From assembly GCF_988242995.1 (NCBI RefSeq), contig NZ_OZ547043.1: DNA of 64,000 nt, one strand, 5' to 3'. The first letter of the stretch is position 1; each line of letters starts with the position of its first letter. Below, piece after piece: positions 60,501 to 64,000 of the stretch. A program made the position numbers and the translations under genes. The notes beneath the pieces were generated by a model. That model had not been told where the DNA came from. It saw only the letters and a list, made by a program, of their open reading frames with translations, and searched no databases.

Positions 60501-63007
60501 CCCACGTTTACCGATGTGGTATTTTCACTGTCAGACTGCAACATCGCGTGAGTAAGCGCAGCGGTGTTGTCGCGTTCCAGCGTGAAGGTACTATCTTTCA
60601 GTTGGGCAACACCGGCGAATTCAGTCCCTGTTGCATGGGTAAAGCCAAACATCTTGTCGGAGGATGACAGCTGCACTCGCATCAAGCCATCGCCTTTGAG
60701 CGCATTGGTCAGCGTGTAATCTCCTGCACTGTTCGTTGATGCGAGAATGTCGAGCGTACCGGGGTTTGCAATGGTTACTTCACTCGAACCCATGCCCGTT
60801 ACCCCATCTGCCGTATGAGACGCAATGGTCAGGAGGCCGTCATTGACCAGCGTTTTACCGCTATAAGTATTCCCTGCATTGAACACCGTATGGCCTGCAT
60901 CATGGATCACTTTTCCGTCTTTATCGTCACCTGTAATCAGCATATCGACCTGGTAGCCGGCATCACTGTTATTAGTATGATTAAAGACAAAAACACCTTC
61001 GCCAGAGCCAAACTCTATTTTCGTCGCGTTGGTGATAAATCCGGCATCTGCCGCCGCCTCACCGTGAGCTGCACCAATGTTTAGCGTTCCTACAGCAGGT
61101 TCAAAAACACCTAAGTAAACTTCTCCACCTTCGACATTCAGCGTACCGTTATTCGTCAGTGTTAACGTACCTGTGCCAGTCGTCCCTACATTCATATTGA
61201 ATGTTTCAAGAAGAGAGTTCTGCCCATCCACCCGCACGTCGCCCTTACTTTTGTCATTGAGAGCTATCTGTGTATCACGCGCTTTAACTATACCTCCGGT
61301 GGTAATATTCAGTTCACCCGCGCCTAATACACCGACCTGTAGCAATTGGGCGTTAGTAGATGACGTTTTTAAATTCCAGAGACTATCCGTTGAAATATTA
61401 ACTATCCCCTTACCGGAGGCATTTCCTCCGATAAATCCATAGCCCGTTGAATTAAGAGTGGCACCATTACTGACATTTACGATGCCGCTACCAAAATTAC
61501 CGACATTAATACCTACAGTATCGAACAATGATGTCGCATCCATCAGGTTCAGTGTGCCGATACCGCTTGCTTTATCGCCCAAAAAAGTAATATTTTGCGA
61601 TACAAACTTACCGCCATCGCTAATATTGAGGTTTCCGACACCCGCAACACCAATGGTGGTATAGACATTCTTATTGACCTCCCACATCCCCCCCGTGGTG
61701 ATGCTGACATTCCCGACGCCGGTTTCTCCATAACCGAGTGAGCTTCCTCCGTTGCTGACAACAAGCCCCTCATTACTGATATTCATTTCGCCGTGGCCGT
61801 CATAACCAAGATTAGTTCCGAGATTAGTGATAACGGAGTTCTTATCCTTAATAGTAATGTTGCCTGTGCCTGTTTCTTTCATCCCCGCAGTGATAATTCC
61901 CGAATCTACTTTTCCTTCACTCGAGACATTAAGTTCACCGTCGCCAGCATCACCGATATAGATATAGCGGAAAGCTTCGCCCGTTCCGAGGAAATTCCAA
62001 TGCCCTTTATCAGTCACGTTGACGACACCGTGGGAACCGTCCTGAACGCCCACCAATGAATATTCTTTGTTATTAATCAGTCCATTATTGGAAATATTGA
62101 CTTTGCCATTACCGAAATATCCATTATAGAGTCTGCGTACCGTGATGACAGAGTCTTGATCCTGCACATTCAGGGTTCCGATACCGGTGGCATTGCCACC
62201 GATAATCGTATTTTCAGCCGTAATCAGCCCACCCTCGCGAATAGTCGCTTCCCCAGTTCCTTGATTGCCAATTTGAAATTCAATTGAGGAATCATTATTT
62301 TTTATTAGCCACTCGCCACCCTTTTCAACGACAACCTTACCATTACTGTTCGCCTGATATCCTACAATGGCGACGATTGAACTCGTGACGTAACCCTTAT
62401 CCGTAATATTTAATGAGCCTGTACCGTAACTCCCTATTTCGAATAATTCGGTCATCAGAACCGAGTCCTCTCCCTCAACATTGACCGTCCCGACGCCTCC
62501 TGTCGAAGAACCTATCCTTAAATATCCTCCGTCAACGTGCCCCTTCTGTTTAATATTCAGCATCCCCGTTCCGGATTGGCCCACATTTAAAGGCCTTGCA
62601 TTATTTCCGCTATCATACAATCGCCAGGTGCCACCCAAAACATTAACGGTGCCCTTCGAGTTCTCATTACCACCAATGACGCTGGTAGTAATAGTGGTTA
62701 AGGAGGCATTACCGCCAGCCAAAATATTAAGCACTCCAGTGCCATACCACCCAACCAGGTAGGCATCATAAGCAATATCAGTATTAATATTGGTAATCTG
62801 ATCATTATCAACTTCCAGACTCGCACCAGACGCTGAACCGCTTAGTGCCAGCAAAACACCCAGCGACAATCTACTGAATTTCGTTGTCAGTCCAGAGGAT
62901 TTACGCAAATTAACCGTCGATGTTTTACCTACTCTGCGAGTTAATTCCGAGCAGACCTGAAATACCTGTAGGGTGCAATTCCATATCACGCGATAGATTC
63001 TATTCAT
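57587..63007 (-). CDS. yneO: AIDA-I-type autotransporter adhesin, intact, 1806 aa
   Basis: Extended autotransporter signal region (MNRIYRVIWNCTLQVFQVCSELTRR...), long passenger with reiterated G-x-G / NxG beta-helix-like modules, and a C-terminal beta-barrel ending ...GVKYSW; position between hipB and lsrK matches K-12 yneO. Confidence 0.85.
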   Translation of the reverse strand: MNRIYRVIWNCTLQVFQVCSELTRRVGKTSTVNLRKSSGLTTKFSRLSLGVLLALSGSASGASLEVDNDQITNINTDIAYDAYLVGWYGTGVLNILAGGNASLTTITTSVIGGNENSKGTVNVLGGTWRLYDSGNNARPLNVGQSGTGMLNIKQKGHVDGGYLRIGSSTGGVGTVNVEGEDSVLMTELFEIGSYGTGSLNITDKGYVTSSIVAIVGYQANSNGKVVVEKGGEWLIKNNDSSIEFQIGNQGTGEATIREGGLITAENTIIGGNATGIGTLNVQDQDSVITVRRLYNGYFGNGKVNISNNGLINNKEYSLVGVQDGSHGVVNVTDKGHWNFLGTGEAFRYIYIGDAGDGELNVSSEGKVDSGIITAGMKETGTGNITIKDKNSVITNLGTNLGYDGHGEMNISNEGLVVSNGGSSLGYGETGVGNVSITTGGMWEVNKNVYTTIGVAGVGNLNISDGGKFVSQNITFLGDKASGIGTLNLMDATSLFDTVGINVGNFGSGIVNVSNGATLNSTGYGFIGGNASGKGIVNISTDSLWNLKTSSTNAQLLQVGVLGAGELNITTGGIVKARDTQIALNDKSKGDVRVDGQNSLLETFNMNVGTTGTGTLTLTNNGTLNVEGGEVYLGVFEPAVGTLNIGAAHGEAAADAGFITNATKIEFGSGEGVFVFNHTNNSDAGYQVDMLITGDDKDGKVIHDAGHTVFNAGNTYSGKTLVNDGLLTIASHTADGVTGMGSSEVTIANPGTLDILASTNSAGDYTLTNALKGDGLMRVQLSSSDKMFGFTHATGTEFAGVAQLKDSTFTLERDNTAALTHAMLQSDSENTTSVNVGEQSIGGLAMNGGTLIFDTDIPAATLAEGYISVDTLVVGAGDYTWKGRNYQVNGTGDVLIDVPKPWNDPMANNPLTTLNLLEHDDSHVGVQLVKAQTVIGSGGSLTLRDLQGDEVEADKTLHIAQNGTVVAEGDYGFRLTTAPGDGLYVNYGLKALNIHGGQKLTLAEHGGAYGATADMSAKIGGEGDLAINTVRQVSLSNGQNDYQGATYVQMGTLRTDADGALGNTRELNISNAAIVDLNGSAQTVETFTGLMGSTVLFKEGSLTVNKGGISQGELTGGGNLNVTGGTLAIEGLNARYNALTSISPNAEVSLDNTQGLGRGNIANDGLLTLKNVTGELRNSISGKGIVSATARTDVELDGDNSRFVGQFNIDTGSALSVNEQKNLGDASVINNGLLTISTERSWAMTHSISGSGDVTKLGTGILTLNKDSAAYQGTTDIVGGEIAFGSDSAINMASQHINIHNSGVMSGNVTTAGDVNVMPGGTLRVAKTTVGGNLENGGTVQMNSEGGKPGNVLTVNGNYTGNNGLMTFNATLGGDNSPTDKMNVKGDTQGNTRVRVDNIGGVGAQTVNGIELIEVGGNSAGNFALTTGTVEAGAYVYTLAKGKGNDEKNWYLTSKWDGVTPADTPDPINNPPVVDPEGPSVYRPEAGSYISNIAAANSLFSHRLHDRLGEPQYTDSLHSQGSASSMWMRHVGGHERFRTGDGQLNTQANRYVLQLGGDLAQWSSNAQDRWHLGVMAGYANQHSNTQSNRVGYKSDGRISGYSAGLYATWYQNDANKTGAYVDSWALYNWFDNSVSSDNRSADDYDSRGVTASVEGGYTFEAGTFSGSEGTLNTWYVQPQVQITWMGVKDSDHTRKDGTRIETEGDGNVQTRLGVKTYLNSHHQRDNGKQREFQPYIEANWINNSKVYAVKMNGQTVSRDGARNLGEVRTGVEAKVNNNLSLWGNVGVQLGDKGYSDTQGMLGVKYSW

Positions 63008-63530
63008 ATAAACGCTCCATATACAAACAATACAGCCACGAAAGAGATGAGTCGTCAGACATTAAAAATGAAACTTATTAAATTGTCAGAGGTCTGTATT
63101 GAGTGTTGGTTGGAGGTGGGAAGGTGTCAATTTGGCTAATTTGCTAATACTTTCGAATTGATAGATTAAAAATTGCATAGTTCTTATTTTATTTAAAAAT
63201 GAACCATGAGTTATTGTTGCTTAATAAGAAAAATGTTTCTTTTAATAAGAAAATTACCATCATCATATTTAACAAAGAATAGCATTAATTGCTAAAAAAG
63301 AACTCTATTAAAACTCTTTTTCATTCATTTATGCCTTTAGGAATATTCGCTATAAAATAAGGGTTATGCTTAATATTTTAAGAAAAATAGCAATTTCCCC
63401 TTGAATATATTACTGGCGATGGAACGATGAATCTGCAAGCTGGCATTTAACAAACCAGCTCTAAAAGAAGGGAAATAAGAATACTCAAAAACTAACAGCC
63501 ACGGTCATCATGATGTGGCTGTCAATGAAA

Positions 63531-64000
63531 CTATAACCCAGGCGCTTTCCATAACGACGTCGTCAGCCCGTGATCAACCAGCCCCAGCTGATCCTGATAA
63601 ACTGCCTGCCACTTATCGCGTGAATCCTGATAAAGTTCATGTTTTTCCGGGTCTGGTGTGTGCGTCCGTTCCCAGCGAACCAGGCGTTCTCCGGTTTCTG
63701 CCATTGATGAAAAAATTCCGGCACCGACGCCAGCTGCAATGGCACATCCTAATGCGGTGGCTTCTTTGACCACCGGAATATTGACAGGTAATCCCGAGAC
63801 ATCAGCGAGAATTTGACTCCATAATTTCCCTTTTGAACCTCCGCCTGCAAAGACTAACGATGAAGGATGAATATCCGAGAAATCAGCGATTTGCTGCAAG
63901 TTACACGCTGATACAATCGCCGCATTTTCTTCCAGCGCACGGAACAACGTCGCTTTGTTACATTTATCCGGATCAATAGACAAATTAATAAAGGAAGGCG
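63531..64000 (-). CDS. lsrK: Autoinducer-2 kinase (FGGY carbohydrate kinase), C-terminal part; gene runs off the window end
   Basis: Track ORF 63531-63983 contains FGGY-kinase C-terminal motifs ([20 protein letters not shown]...); the reading frame continues past position 64000. Confidence 0.85.
   Translation of the reverse strand, partial: PSFINLSIDPDKCNKATLFRALEENAAIVSACNLQQIADFSDIHPSSLVFAGGGSKGKLWSQILADVSGLPVNIPVVKEATALGCAIAAGVGAGIFSSMAETGERLVRWERTHTPDPEKHELYQDSRDKWQAVYQDQLGLVDHGLTTSLWKAPGL

Noticed and set aside
60400-62900. Highly repetitive DNA as a possible mobile element or tandem repeat array
   Set aside because: The repeats are in-frame within one long ORF and encode the reiterated beta-helix modules of the autotransporter passenger domain.

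Overview
This window reads as a contiguous stretch of an Escherichia coli chromosome, running from yddG and fdnGHI through adhP, maeA, sra, bdm, osmC, the ddp operon, dosCP, yddW, gadBC, pqqL-yddBA, ydeMN, ydeO-safA, ydeP, the yde fimbrial operon and hipBA to lsrK. Gene identities come from reading the supplied ORF translations and recalling the known proteins and their order; no database search was run, and start codons were chosen from remembered protein lengths. Almost everything is explained by well-characterised genes, so I do not see a clearly undescribed system. The strain is not K-12-like in four places: an IS200-type element between maeA and sra, an intact chaperone-usher fimbrial operon (degraded in K-12), an intact 1806-aa autotransporter (a pseudogene in K-12 as I recall), and a roughly 7.3 kb LysR-linked cluster of small redox and detoxification-type enzymes between the yneL remnant and hipA. 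That last cluster (48138-55389) is the best candidate for an uncharacterised system and is the one I would follow up first. Regulatory motifs visible in the sequence include the fdnG selenocysteine UGA, a sigma54-like promoter upstream of ddpX, a GAD box, two EvgA-like boxes, a Fur-like box and four hipB operators. No rRNA, tRNA or CRISPR array was seen.
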